Below are positions 1-10,699 of a stretch of DNA of 64,000 bases, piece after piece. The position numbers and the translations under genes were made by a program. A model generated the notes under the pieces. The model did no database searches. It had not been told where the DNA came from and saw nothing but the letters and a program-made list of their open reading frames with translations. Within the stretch, counting starts at the first letter, position 1, and every line of letters begins with the position of its first letter. This DNA is from an uncultured Verrucomicrobiae bacterium (GTDB taxonomy: Bacteria; Verrucomicrobiota; Verrucomicrobiia; Limisphaerales; Palsa-1400). The stretch spans positions 448,001-512,000 of the forward strand of contig CAVXRD010000003.1 in the NCBI GenBank assembly GCA_963764165.1. Direction: 5' to 3'.

Positions 1-2550
1 CTGAAAAGCCTGAGCGGTGCCCGCGAAGCTTCCGTGGATCGTCGAGGGCATGCCGAGCTTTTGCTCCATCGCATTGATCCTGTCGACTGCTTCGCCAAGC
101 GAGAGGCCTGGCACCAGATTAAACGAGATTGTCACCGCGGGAAATTGGCCCTGGTGGTTGACCTGAATCGGCGCCGTTTTGGTTTGCAGGCGCGTGACGG
201 TTGAAAGCGGCACTTCGCCGCCGTTGGTCGCCTGCATGTATACCGAGCGCAAACCATCCGGGGATTGCAGCCACGGCGGAGCAACTTCCATCACGACGTA
301 GTATTGATTCAGAGAGGTATACATTGTCGATACGAGCGACTGCCCGAACGCGCCGTACAGCGCCTGGTCGATTTTTGCCGCCGACAATCCAAGACGCGCT
401 GCCGTGATGCGGTCGTAGCTCAAGCTCGATTCCAAGCCCTCGTTTTGCTGGTCGGTATTGGCGTCCGCCAGACCGGGAATTGTCTTCATGTTGTCGAGCA
501 GGATTGGGCCCCATTTGACGAGGTCTTGAAGATTGTCGCTGGTGATGGTGTATTGGTATTGCGCGGACCCCATCCGCCCGCCAATGCGGACATCCTGGTT
601 CGCGCTGAAAATGGCCGTCGCGCCCGGCACCACGGCGCAGCTTCGGCGCAATCGCGCCACCACTTCGTCGGCGGAATTGGTGCGTTCGCCGAGAGGCTTG
701 AGCGTGATGAACATTCTGGCTTGGTCGGTCGTCGTCCCGCCGCCTGCCCCGGTGAATCCAACCAGGTGCGCCACTGCCGGGTCCTTTTTGACGATGTTGA
801 TGAAGCGAAGCGCTTTGCCCGACATCGATTGAAACGAAATATCCTCCGTGCCCTGGGCGTTGCCGCTCAGCATCCCGGTGTCTTGCTGCGGCAGAAAACC
901 CTTCGGCACCGCAATGAACAGGACAACGTTCAAAATGAGCGTCAAGAAAAGCACGCAAAGAACCATGAATTGATGGCGCAATACCCACCGCAAACTCCGC
1001 CCGTAGTGCTCAACAATCCAATCAAACATCGCGCCGACGGCCTTGTGCAGGCGTCCGTGCTTTTGTTCGCGCAAGGGTTTGAGAAGCGTCGCGCACATCA
1101 TGGGCGTGGTTGTCAACGACACCACCATCGAGACCAAAATGGCCACTGAAATGGTGACCGCAAATTCACGAAACAGCCGCCCGACAATGCCACCCATCAG
1201 CATGATCGGCGCAAATACCGTCACGAGAGAAATGCTGATGGACAATACCGTAAAACCAATTTCCCCGGCGCCCTTCAGCGAAGCTTGCATGGGCGGCATT
1301 CCGGCTTCCATGTGGCGCATGATGTTTTCAATGACGACAATCGCGTCATCCACCACGAAGCCTGTTGAGATTGTCAGGGCCATCAGCGAAAGGTTGTCGA
1401 GGCTGTAGCCCAGCAGATACATGACGCCAAAGGTCCCAATCAATGAAACCGGCACAGCCACGCTGGGAATCAGTGTGGTGCGGACGTCGCGCAGGAAAAC
1501 GAACACCACCAAAATCACCAGCAGCACGGAAATGACCAGGGTGAATTCAACGTCATGGACTGATGCGCGAATGGTCGTGGTGCGATCCAGTGTGATGGTA
1601 AAATCAATGCCCTTCGGCGCGGAAGCTTCCAGCGACGGCAGCGCCTCGCGAATGCGGTCCACCGTGTCAATAATATTGGCTTGCGGCTGCTTGAACACAA
1701 TCAGCATGACGGCGGGTTTGCCGTCCGCAAAACCAGCCGCGCGCACGTCCTGCACCGAGTCAACCACATCCGCAACATCCTGAAGCTGCACGGCGGCGCC
1801 CTTGCTGTAGCCAATGACCAGGGGCTTGTAATACTCGGCCTTCATCAACTGATCGTTGGCGATGATGTCGGCGGTCATGTTGCCATCCGACAACTGGCCT
1901 TTTGGAGAATTGGCGTTGGCCTGCTTGAGGACGTTTTGAATATTCGTCAAGTTCAGCCCCGAGGCCTCCAGCCGCGCCGGGTTCACCTCCACCCGGACGG
2001 CCGGCAGCGAACTGCCGCCCACCACGACCTGCCCCACCCCATCGACCTGCGAGAGACGCTGCTGCATGACGCTTGAGGCGGTGTCATACATCTGGCCCTT
2101 CGTGTAAATGTCCGAGGTCAGCGCAATGATCATGATCGGCGAATCCGCCGGGTTCACCTTTTTCCACGTCGGATTGCTTGGCAGGTTGGCGGGAAGATAC
2201 GTCCGCGCCGCGTTGATGGCGGCTTGGACATCGCGGGCCGCGCCGTCAATATTGCGATTCAAATCGAATTGCAGCGTGATGCCAGTGCTTCCCAGGAGAC
2301 TTGAGGACGTCATTTCGGTCACGCCCGCGATGTGTCCAAATTGCTTTTCCAGCGGCGCCGCCACCGCGGAGGCCATGATTTCGGGGCTCGCGCCAGGCAG
2401 CCCCGCGCCCACCGAGATGGTGGGAAAATCAACCTGCGGCATCGGCGAGACCGGAAGAAGGCGGAACGCCACGCCGCCCGCCAGCGCAATGGCCGTTGTC
2501 AACAATGCTGTTGCCACCGGCCGCTTGATGAATATCGCCGAGAAGCTCAT
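1..2550 (-). CDS. mdtC: RND efflux permease, MdtC/MuxC type (3' end runs off the window)
   Basis: Not in the ORF track because it is open at the edge. Hand translation from ATG 2550: [17 protein letters not shown]...[10 protein letters not shown]...[14 protein letters not shown], and the same frame still reads [17 protein letters not shown] at positions 51-1. ATGA overlap with the stop of the upstream MdtB-type gene. Confidence 0.9.
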   Translation of the reverse strand, partial: MSFSAIFIKRPVATALLTTAIALAGGVAFRLLPVSPMPQVDFPTISVGAGLPGASPEIMASAVAAPLEKQFGHIAGVTEMTSSSLLGSTGITLQFDLNRNIDGAARDVQAAINAARTYLPANLPSNPTWKKVNPADSPIMIIALTSDIYTKGQMYDTASSVMQQRLSQVDGVGQVVVGGSSLPAVRVEVNPARLEASGLNLTNIQNVLKQANANSPKGQLSDGNMTADIIANDQLMKAEYYKPLVIGYSKGAAVQLQDVADVVDSVQDVRAAGFADGKPAVMLIVFKQPQANIIDTVDRIREALPSLEASAPKGIDFTITLDRTTTIRASVHDVEFTLVISVLLVILVVFVFLRDVRTTLIPSVAVPVSLIGTFGVMYLLGYSLDNLSLMALTISTGFVVDDAIVVIENIMRHMEAGMPPMQASLKGAGEIGFTVLSISISLVTVFAPIMLMGGIVGRLFREFAVTISVAILVSMVVSLTTTPMMCATLLKPLREQKHGRLHKAVGAMFDWIVEHYGRSLRWVLRHQFMVLCVLFLTLILNVVLFIAVPKGFLPQQDTGMLSGNAQGTEDISFQSMSGKALRFINIVKKDPAVAHLVGFTGAGGGTTTDQARMFITLKPLGERTNSADEVVARLRRSCAVVPGATAIFSANQDVRIGGRMGSAQYQYTITSDNLQDLVKWGPILLDNMKTIPGLADANTDQQNEGLESSLSYDRITAARLGLSAAKIDQALYGAFGQSLVSTMYTSLNQYYVVMEVAPPWLQSPDGLRSVYMQATNGGEVPLSTVTRLQTKTAPIQVNHQGQFPAVTISFNLVPGLSLGEAVDRINAMEQKLGMPSTIHGSFAGTAQAFQ

Positions 2551-5500
2551 GTGGTCGCCGGGGCCGCGCCTTCAGCCGCCACTGGTTCCGCCGCCGGGCC
2601 GGCATGCTTGCCCTTCTTGGCAAATCGGTCCATGTAAATATAGATGACGGGTGTCGTATATAAGGTCAGAATCTGGCTCAGAATGAGCCCGCCGACCATC
2701 GATATTCCCAGCGGGCGCCGCAATTCCGAACCGGTTCCCGAACCGAGCGCCAGCGGCAATCCGCCCAGCAGCGCGGTCATCGTCGTCATCATGATCGGGC
2801 GGAATCGCAGCAGGCACGATTGGTAAATGGCTTCGACGGTTGTTTTGCCTTCGTCGCGCTCGGCTTGCAGCGCAAAATCCACCATCATGATGCCGTTCTT
2901 CTTGACGATGCCGATGAGAAGTATAATGCCGATGAGCGAGACCACGCTCAAATCCTGGCCGCAAATCATCAAGGCCAGTATCGCGCCCACGCCGCCGACG
3001 GCAGCGTGGAGAGAATCGTGATGGGATGAACGTAACTTTCATACAACACTCCCAGGACGATATAAACCGTGATCAAAGCCGCCAAAATCAGCAATGGCTC
3101 GTTGGCCAGCGAAGCGCGAAATGACGCCGCCGTTCCCTGAAAGGCCGTCAGGACCGAGGCGGGCATATTCAATTCTTTCTGCGCGTTTTCGATGGCCTCG
3201 GTGGCCTGGCCGAGCGAGGCGCCCGGGGCAATATTGAACGAAATCGTGACGCACGGGAACTGGCCCTGGTGATTGATCGACAGAGGCGCGTTGGTGGGTT
3301 GAAAATGCGAGAAGGCGCTCAGCGGCACCGCCCCGCCGTAGGCCGATTGCACGTAAATGTCATTCAGCTTGCCGGGATTTTTCTGGAACGACGGCATCGC
3401 CTCCATGATGAGGTGATATTGGTTCAATTGGGTGAAGAGCGTCGAGACCTGGCGCTGGCCGAAGGCATCGTAAAGGGTGGAATCAATTTGCTGCGCCGTG
3501 ATTCCCAGGCGGGCTGCCGTCACCCGATCAATGACCAGCGCAACGGCGCTGCCGTCCGTCAGTTGGTCCGTGGCGAGATCGCGCAGAATTGGAACTTCAT
3601 GCAGCTTCGCCATCAAACGATCGGTCCACATTTGCAATTCCTTCGGGTCCGGGTCTTCCAGCGTGTATTGGTACTGCGTGCGGCTGACACGGTCTTCCAC
3701 AGTCAAATCCTGCACCGGCTGCATATAGAGGGAGATGCCATTGACATTGTCCAACTGCGGCTGCATTTGGCGTATAACCTCCGAGGCGTCGCTCTTTCGG
3801 TCATCGAGCGACTTGAGATTGATCAAAATGCGCCCGCTGTTGAGAGTCGTGTTGATGCCGTCCACGCCAATGAATGAGGACAGGCTCTCGACGTTCTCAT
3901 TGGTCATGATGATTTTGGCCAGCTCCTGCTGTTTCTCCGCCATGGCCGGGAAGGAAATGTTTTGGCTCGCCTGGGAAATTCCTTGCACCACGCCGGTGTC
4001 CTGCACGGGAAAAAATCCTTTTGGAACCAGAATGTATAAAACCACCGTCAAGACTAATGTGAGAGCAAACACCACCATCGTCGCAGCCTGCCGATCCAGC
4101 ACCCAGCGCAGCGTCCTGCCGTAAAAGGCAATCACGCTGTCAAACATGTGTTCCGAAAAGCGCGCGAATCTGCTTTCGTCCTCCTTGGATTCTTTTTTCA
4201 ACAGCAGCGAGCACATCATCGGAGTCAAGGTCAGCGAGACCACCGCCGAAACGAGAATGGTCACGCTCAACGTCACCGCAAACTCCCGGAACAGCCGGCC
4301 CACGATGTCGCTCATGAACAGAAGCGGAATCAGCACGGCCACCAGCGAAACGGTGAGTGACATAATTGTGAACCCGATTTGCTCCGCTCCCTTCAACGCG
4401 GCATCGAGCGGCTTTTCGCCCATTTCGATATAGCGGACGATGTTTTCGATCATCACGATCGCATCGTCGACCACAAAACCGGTGGAAATTGTCAAAGCCA
4501 TCAGCGACAAATTGTCCAGGCTGTAGCCCAGCAGATACATCACGCCGAAGGTGCCGACCAGCGAGAGTGGCACCGCGATGCTGGGAATGATGGTGGCGGC
4601 AACCGTGCGCAGAAAAACAAAGATCACCAGCACCACCAGCGCGATGGTCATCAACAGCTCGTACTCCACGTCACGAACGGAAGCGCGGATGGTGGTTGTG
4701 CGGTCGGTCAAAATTTGAACGTCGACCGAGGGCGGCAGCGTCGCCTTCAGCGTCGGCAATTTTTCGATGATGCGATCGACGACCTGGATGATATTTGCGC
4801 CCGGCTGCCGCTGAATGTTCACGATGATGGCCGGCGTCCCGTTCATCCAAGCGGCTTGCTTGGTGTTCTCCGCGCTGTCGACTGCTTTGGCCACGTCGGA
4901 AAGGATGATTGGCAAACCGTTGTGGTAGGCGATGACGAGTTTGTTGTACTGATCGCTCGTGCTGAGCTGGTCGTTGGCGTCGATTTGATACGAAAGCTGC
5001 GGCCCGTCAAAATTGCCCTTGGCTTGATTGACGCTCGCCGCCACCAGCGCGGTGCGCAAGTCCTCCAGATTCATCCCGTGCGCCGAAAGCTGCGTCGGGT
5101 TTGCCTGGATGCGGACGGCGGGCTTTTGGCCTCCGACGATGGTGACCAATCCCACCCCGCTCAATTGCGAAATTTTCTGCGCCAGCCGCGTGTCCGCCAA
5201 ATCCTCGACTTGCGAAAGCGGTATGGCTTTGGAAGTCAGCGCCAGGGTGAGAATGGGCGCGTCGGCAGGGTTTGACTTGCTGTAAATGGGCGGGGCGGGC
5301 AGATCGGTCGGCAAATAGGATTGGGCGGCGTTGATGGAGGCCTGCACTTCCTGTTCGGCCACGTCAATATTCAGGTAGAGCGAAAATTGCAGAGTAATGA
5401 CCGAGCTTCCGCCGGAGCTGATTGACGTCATCTGATTCAAGCCGGGCACCTGCCCGAATTGGCGCTCGAGCGGCGCGGTCACGGCGGAGGCCATCACGTC

Positions 5501-5668
5501 CGGGCTGGCGCCCGGATAAAACGTGACGATCTGGATCGTCGGGAAATCCACCTCCGGCAGCGCCGAAACGGGGAGTTCCTTGTAGGCGACCAATCCCACC
5601 AGCAAAATCGCCGCCATGAGCAGCGACGTGGCGACGGGTCGCAGAATGAATGGCCTCGAAGGGTTCAC
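2547..5668 (-). pseudogene. mdtB: RND efflux permease, MdtB/MuxB type, split by a 1-nt deletion near 2993 (probably a sequencing error)
   Basis: ORF 2969-5668 (MNPSRPFILRPVATSLL...[14 protein letters not shown]...[12 protein letters not shown]) continues in another frame as 2547-2990 (GAILAL...[14 protein letters not shown]...RFRPIMMTT). Restoring one base gives the canonical TLPSAGVGA. Confidence 0.88.
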
Positions 5669-7089
5669 GGAGCGTCGTCTGGAGACTTCGGTTTCTTGTC
5701 GTGCTTTTTCTTGGAGGAATCACCCTTGTGATCGCCTTGCTGGGGAGCCGCGCCGGAGGATTGGCCAGTGGAACCGGGCCCTTGGCCGGCGGGAGCACCG
5801 GCGCCTTCACCCTTGCTTTCTCCCGGAGCGCCACGCTTGCGGACATTCACTTGAACGCCGTCGCCCAATTTGTTGAAGTTGTCGGTGACAATGACCGTTC
5901 CCGGCTCTATGCCCGTGACAGAGCTAACATCCGTATCCTCAATTTGGACGGTGATCGGATGCATCGTGACAATGGTTTGATTTGTTTGCGTCGTGCCGGA
6001 TTTATTCGTCAGCGTCACTTCCTTGTTCGTGATGACGTAAAGAAACGCGCCCTGCGGATTGCGCTGGATGGCAGGAGTCGGCACGAGCGTCACGTTGGTC
6101 AGTGTCTGGACGATCAACTTCGCATTGACGAATTGGTTTGGAAACAACGCCATGTTGGTATTTTCGAACATGCTTTTGATCCGGACGGTTCCCGTGCCGG
6201 TATCGATCATGTTGTCCATCGTCAGAAAGTCCCCCTTGGCCAATAACCGTGTCTTGTCTTCGTTGGACGCGTCGACCTCCATCTTGTGGCCGATGTTCAA
6301 TTGGTCCTGAATGGCTGGCAGGTGTTTCTGGTCTACGGTGAAAACGACCGTGATCGGCTTGAGCTGGGCCACGACCACAATTGCGTTTGTATTGGCCGCG
6401 TGAACGATGTTGCCGGGATCCACCTGGCGCAATCCAACGCGGCCGTCAAAGGGCGCGCGGACAAAGCAGTAATTCAATTGCACCATGGCGTTGGAAACCA
6501 AGCCTTCGTCTATCTGCACTGTGCCTTCGTCCTGATGCACGAGCGCCCTTTGATCGTCGACTTGCTGCTTTGGAACCGCGTGCAGATTGGTGCCATAGGT
6601 CATTCCGTAGGCCTCCTCGAATCGTTTCAGGTCGACGTTGGCGCCTTCAAGCTGCGCTTTGTCGCGCGCCAGCTGGCCTTGGACTTGCGCAAGCGACGCC
6701 TGATAGGGGCTCGGGTCGATTTCCGCCAGCAAGTCGTTGGCCTTGACCGCTTGCCCTTCGGTGAAATTGACTTTGACAAGCTGCCCGTCCACTCGGGGGG
6801 ACATCATGGCCGTGTAAACCGGCGTCACTGTGCCGAGGCCCTCCACTGTTTCATCAATGTTCCCGGTGGCGACGTTGGTCACGGAAACAGAAACCGGCGG
6901 CGGGGTTTTGACGACCGGCTTGCTGCGGTGCGTGTAAATGAAATAACCAAGCCCGCCACCAATCAGGACGATCACGAGGAGGACGATCCACACTCCGAAG
7001 CCTCCGCTGGAATGTTCATGTTCCGGCGGCGGATTCGCTCTTGAGGGAGGCGGCGCGGCATAGGCCGCTTTGGGCGCATTTTCAGCCAT
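5665..7089 (-). CDS. mdtA: RND membrane fusion (periplasmic adaptor) protein, MdtA type
   Basis: N-terminal TM helix; PRVDGQL...APFDGRVGLRQVDPGNIV, IDTGTGTVRIK, LFPNQFVN motifs; GTGA overlap with mdtB. Confidence 0.9.
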   Translation of the reverse strand: MAENAPKAAYAAPPPSRANPPPEHEHSSGGFGVWIVLLVIVLIGGGLGYFIYTHRSKPVVKTPPPVSVSVTNVATGNIDETVEGLGTVTPVYTAMMSPRVDGQLVKVNFTEGQAVKANDLLAEIDPSPYQASLAQVQGQLARDKAQLEGANVDLKRFEEAYGMTYGTNLHAVPKQQVDDQRALVHQDEGTVQIDEGLVSNAMVQLNYCFVRAPFDGRVGLRQVDPGNIVHAANTNAIVVVAQLKPITVVFTVDQKHLPAIQDQLNIGHKMEVDASNEDKTRLLAKGDFLTMDNMIDTGTGTVRIKSMFENTNMALFPNQFVNAKLIVQTLTNVTLVPTPAIQRNPQGAFLYVITNKEVTLTNKSGTTQTNQTIVTMHPITVQIEDTDVSSVTGIEPGTVIVTDNFNKLGDGVQVNVRKRGAPGESKGEGAGAPAGQGPGSTGQSSGAAPQQGDHKGDSSKKKHDKKPKSPDDAP

Positions 7090-7139
7090 GTTAAGCCTTT
7101 CTGGGTTGCATCAAAACAGGTATCGTTGAAATAAGTTGC

Positions 7140-7538
7140 TCACATGCACGCGGCGGACTGTGTCAATAATTTTTCAATGGTGGCCAGCAGCGTGGGAAAA
7201 TCCAGGGGCTTCTGCAATAGGGCACCCACCCCTGCCCGGCTGTCCTTGAATTTCTCGTTTGAAAATGCCGTCATCACGATAATGGGCAAACCCGGTCGCA
7301 TCACTTTCAATTCTTTAAGCGTGTCCTCGCCATTCATGCCCGGCATCTTTAAGTCCATCAATACTAAATCCACGTCACCCTCTTGCAAAAGTTTGAGTCC
7401 GGCCAAACCATCCGCCGCCGATGTTGTAGCGTAACCCTCGTCCTCCAGTATCCGGGCGAGCATGTGCCGGACCGATGGATCGTCGTCCATGATCAGGATG
7501 CGCTTTTTCGCCTTGGCGGAGTCGTGGGTTGACACCAT
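7140..7538 (-). CDS. single-domain response regulator (CheY-like receiver)
   Basis: RILIMDDD, DLVLMDLKMPGMNG, MTAF and QKP receiver motifs; start placed at the ATG just before the domain. Confidence 0.88.
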   Translation of the reverse strand: MVSTHDSAKAKKRILIMDDDPSVRHMLARILEDEGYATTSAADGLAGLKLLQEGDVDLVLMDLKMPGMNGEDTLKELKVMRPGLPIIVMTAFSNEKFKDSRAGVGALLQKPLDFPTLLATIEKLLTQSAACM

Positions 7539-7647
7539 TCGAGCAGTCAATAAGCCAGCGCCATGCCACATTTCAAAATTCGCAAAACACATTGAGTGGC
7601 AGCAATTAAAACAAGACGACGCGAAGAACCGCGCCGCTGATGTGCAT

Positions 7648-7675
7648 AGCAACTATGCTGCGCAGCATAGTTGCT
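7648..7675. repeat. perfect 28-bp palindrome
   Basis: AGCAACTATGCTGC|GCAGCATAGTTGCT with no spacer. Confidence 0.9.
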
Positions 7676-7689
7676 GAGCACCCCCTCGT

Positions 7690-7732
7690 GGCAGGGTGTG
7701 ACTCGGGGGAGGCGGAACTTCCGTTCGAGACC
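7690..7732 (+). repeat. composite REP-like palindrome (family B with an internal GGGAGGCGGAACTTCC insert)
   Basis: Matches the reverse complement of 17098-17140 with about 7 mismatches over 43 nt. Confidence 0.7.
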
Positions 7733-8146
7733 TTACATTGGGAAAAGCACTTTCGCGCAGAGAAGATGAGTGCGCAGAGGAGGAACACAAAGACAAATTC
7801 GCACTACACTGAAAACTTGGGGGAGCGATCTCGTTTGCCGCATGTCTTTTAACTTCACCACACCGGGGACTGCGTTTCACAATCCCGGCAACTCGTGGAT
7901 GCTGAACTTTTGAAGTGTTCGCTGATGATGCTCTGATTGCATTCTCGCACTGTCGTTCGGAAACGAAGCGTTCGCCAATTCTCCATCAGCGCCGTCGTAG
8001 CTGCGTTGTGATAAAGGCAGGAGTTTGGGCTGTGAAATGAATGAGAAAGACCACAACTATGAAAGCGCCAGCGAGAAAAACAGCAGAAAACCTTCCGCAA
8101 TTGGGTCAATCGCCGGAACACGCGTTGACTTCAACGATTCCATAAA

Positions 8147-8171
8147 GGGCTCGACGGAGTCTCGCCTTGCC
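8147..8171 (-). repeat. REP-like palindrome, family B, without insert
   Basis: Reverse complement reads GGCAAGGCGAGACTCCGTCGAGCCC, sharing both ends with the 7690 and 17098 copies; inverted relative to 7690. Confidence 0.65.
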
Positions 8172-8230
8172 AACTGGCCGATTTTTGCGCGTTTCTTGCA
8201 AAAAGCACTTGACCGGGTTTGGGGGAGGAT

Positions 8231-8268
8231 GTAAATACAATGTAATGACGCTCGTAAATACATTGTAA
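8231..8268 (+). promoter_or_regulatory. tandem operator-like sites upstream of the toxin-antitoxin pair
   Basis: GTAAATACAATGTAA (8231-8245) and GTAAATACATTGTAA (8254-8268): 14/15 direct repeat with 23-bp period, each with a TACA-N-TGTA palindrome; TTGACC at 8209. Confidence 0.65.
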
Positions 8269-8307
8269 CCACAAAGCATGGCCAATTGATTTACGAGTTT
8301 TGTTTTT

Positions 8308-8595
8308 ATGGAGTTTGATTGGAATAATCCACCGTTTAATCTTGATAGCTCGCTCTCGTTGCAGGCTATCGAGGAGTCGTTTGAGGATCCGTTTGCGGTG
8401 CGGTTGATGCCGGATTCGCCGCGGTTTGCGGTGCAGGCGCGGTTTTTTAATCTCGGCACGGCGGCGGATGGGTCGGGAATTTTTACGGTGTATCGCACCA
8501 ATGGCCGACAGGCGCGGGTTATTTTTGCCCGCCCGTTCGAGCCGGAGGACAAGTTTTTTTATCAGCGCAAATTGAACCAGGCGCTGGCGCAGTAA
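8308..8595 (+). CDS. BrnT-like (RelE-fold) toxin family protein, divergent
   Basis: 95 aa, MEFDW...EESFEDP...RFFNLG...VYRTNGRQARVIFAR pattern; lies upstream of an RHH antitoxin-like gene. Confidence 0.7.
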   Translation: MEFDWNNPPFNLDSSLSLQAIEESFEDPFAVRLMPDSPRFAVQARFFNLGTAADGSGIFTVYRTNGRQARVIFARPFEPEDKFFYQRKLNQALAQ

Positions 8596-8635
8596 TGTGG
8601 ATCTTGATGCAAAGCAAAGTGGAGGTTGGAGAAGC

Positions 8636-8938
8636 ATGAATGCCATTTCAAGTTGGGAGGAGGTTCCGCTGTTTGACCGCGAGGAGGCGGAGGCGGCTTT
8701 TTGGGCGGAGTGTCGCCTGGATGTGCGGTTGATGGAGTCGTCGGCTTCGGCGAGCAATGAGCTGGCGGATTCAGTGACGATCACCCTGCGGATTGATCCG
8801 CGGATGCTGGCCCGGATTAAACGGCTGGCCCGTTCGCGGTATTTGAATTATCAAAGCATGATTAAACAGTGGCTGAGCGAGCGCATGGAACATGAAATGC
8901 GCGACCAGAAATTGGGGAATCGCTCGGCCAACGGATGA
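8636..8938 (+). CDS. CopG/BrnA-type antitoxin with C-terminal ribbon-helix-helix
   Basis: VPLFDREEAEAAFW and ITLRIDPRMLARIKRLARSRYLNYQSMIKQWL; GGAGG/GGAG upstream of ATG 8636 (GTG 8597 is an alternative start). Confidence 0.78.
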   Translation: MNAISSWEEVPLFDREEAEAAFWAECRLDVRLMESSASASNELADSVTITLRIDPRMLARIKRLARSRYLNYQSMIKQWLSERMEHEMRDQKLGNRSANG

Positions 8939-8953
8939 CGGGCTGCCAATCAC

Positions 8954-9640
8954 ATGATGAAAACCAAACTAGATAAATACGTCCGCGCGGCGTTGGCCTT
9001 TACGCTGATCGAAATGCTGACTGTCATCACGATCATGGCTATCGTGGCCGCGATGGTGGTCTCGATGGGCGCGGCGGCTTCTCAAAAGAAGAAAGTCGCC
9101 CAGGTGAAGGCTCAGGAAATTGGGCTGGTGGCCATGATTGAGAATTATTACACCAAGCTGAATTATTATCCGCCGGACAATGGCAATCTCGCCACCGCGC
9201 CACTTTACAACTATGACGGGTATGCGGCGACGAATCCCCTGCTTTATGAATTGACGGGCGGCACAAATCAAACCGCAGGCAAAAGCGGCAGCATTGTTGT
9301 TTTCAACTCGCTGAACGCCAATAATGTGATCGTTGACAATATTTACTCCAACGCGTTTGGCCGCGGCGGCATTGCCAATTCCGATCAGTCCGAACCACAT
9401 GACTTCTTTCAACCGGGGCCGAAGCCGAACGAGATTGCGCTGTACGACAACGTTAATTTGCCGTTCGTTTACGGCTTGGTTGTGCCGGTGCCGCTAACCA
9501 GCGGGACCGCACACAATTTCTGGCACTACGATTCCTCTTCTACCAACCGGCACAATATGCAGAGTTATGATATTTGGGCCGAGTATTCAATTGGCTCCAA
9601 AGGTGGAAAGCCGATTATCGCCACGAACGGAAATTTCTAA
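8954..9640 (+). CDS. prepilin-type protein, GspG-like pseudopilin
   Basis: AFTLIEMLTVITIMAIVAAMVV N-methylation motif; IENYYTKLNYYPPD and C-terminal SYDIWAE resemble GspG. Confidence 0.8.
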   Translation: MMKTKLDKYVRAALAFTLIEMLTVITIMAIVAAMVVSMGAAASQKKKVAQVKAQEIGLVAMIENYYTKLNYYPPDNGNLATAPLYNYDGYAATNPLLYELTGGTNQTAGKSGSIVVFNSLNANNVIVDNIYSNAFGRGGIANSDQSEPHDFFQPGPKPNEIALYDNVNLPFVYGLVVPVPLTSGTAHNFWHYDSSSTNRHNMQSYDIWAEYSIGSKGGKPIIATNGNF

Positions 9641-9646
9641 GACCAT

Positions 9647-10699
9647 ATGAATTCCTCGGCCAATAAAAATGACGGACAGCGCAAATTGCGGGTGGAGTGG
9701 CAGGATTCGCCCGCCGTGGGGCCGATGCCGCTGGTCCGGCGCAAATTGGGCCGGGCGTTCCGAATCCTCCTGCCGGCCAGGCGCGGGCCACGCCAGGTGA
9801 TTCGCGTGGGCGAAGAGGGTGCAGCCGGGTTTCGCCTGCCGTTTCGGAGGCAGGGGGCGTTTACGCTGCTGGAATTGATGATGGTTATTGCCATTATCGG
9901 GTTTGTCGCAGGGATGGTGTTTTCGCACCTGGGCAACTTTGGCAGAGCCAATGTGATGACGGCAGCCACGCGGCAGATTTTGGATGACCTCGGATTGGCC
10001 CGGCAGCGGGCGCTGTCCAGCCGCTCGACTGTTTACATGGTTTTCCTGCCGCCGGGATTTTGGAATGATCCGTACTATACGCCAACGCTTCAGGAGGCCC
10101 GGCTGGGTTACCTCGCGCCAAAAGGGAACCAGGTGACGAATTTGGTGATGCACCAATATACCGCTTACGCGCTGGTGAGCCTTTCGACGGTGGGCGATCA
10201 ACCGGGGGTGCATACGCCGCATTTCATCACCGATTGGCGGACGCTGCCCGATGGCGTGTTTTTCTCGCCGATGCAATTCACCAATCTTTATGACCCCTCC
10301 TATCCGAATTACCCGAACTATGTTAAAGCTCCGCCTTATATTACGACCTATACCACCAACACGCTAAGCGGAATCGTGGTTACAAATCCGATTTATCCTT
10401 GGAATACCAATTTTTTCCCGTTCCCCTCGGCGTATCCGCCGAATTCCTTGATGGATCTGCCGTGCATCGGATTTTCGCCGCGGGGATCGCTCACGGTGGG
10501 GGTGGATCAATCGATCATGCTGGCGCGCGGGAGCATTTTTTATCCGACGGACACCAACGGCGTTCCCCTGATGACAATTCCGCCAACGCTGCCAAATTTG
10601 GCCGAGAACCCGCCCGGCAACGACACCAACAATCCAAACGTGATTCAGATTGATTGGCTGACCGGGCGGGCGACCTTGATGCAGAATCAATTACAATGA
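9647..10699 (+). CDS. prepilin-type protein, GspH/FimU-like (Verru_Chthon D-like), with a ~70-aa leader
   Basis: GAFTLLELMMVIAIIG, LGLARQRAL...VYMVF, IGFSPRG, IQIDWLTGRA. Confidence 0.78.
   Translation: MNSSANKNDGQRKLRVEWQDSPAVGPMPLVRRKLGRAFRILLPARRGPRQVIRVGEEGAAGFRLPFRRQGAFTLLELMMVIAIIGFVAGMVFSHLGNFGRANVMTAATRQILDDLGLARQRALSSRSTVYMVFLPPGFWNDPYYTPTLQEARLGYLAPKGNQVTNLVMHQYTAYALVSLSTVGDQPGVHTPHFITDWRTLPDGVFFSPMQFTNLYDPSYPNYPNYVKAPPYITTYTTNTLSGIVVTNPIYPWNTNFFPFPSAYPPNSLMDLPCIGFSPRGSLTVGVDQSIMLARGSIFYPTDTNGVPLMTIPPTLPNLAENPPGNDTNNPNVIQIDWLTGRATLMQNQLQ

Noticed and set aside
119..7044. Long alternative-frame and antisense ORFs over the mdt operon (and similar ones throughout, e.g. 21044-22261, 30796-31881, 46632-47864)
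   Set aside because: Shadow ORFs expected from GC-rich codon usage over well-supported genes.
7750..8140. Small ORFs or an ncRNA in the long intergenic region
   Set aside because: No recognisable protein motif, tRNA cloverleaf or riboswitch consensus; only a short GCGCAGAG duplication. An Rfam search would be needed to exclude an RNA.
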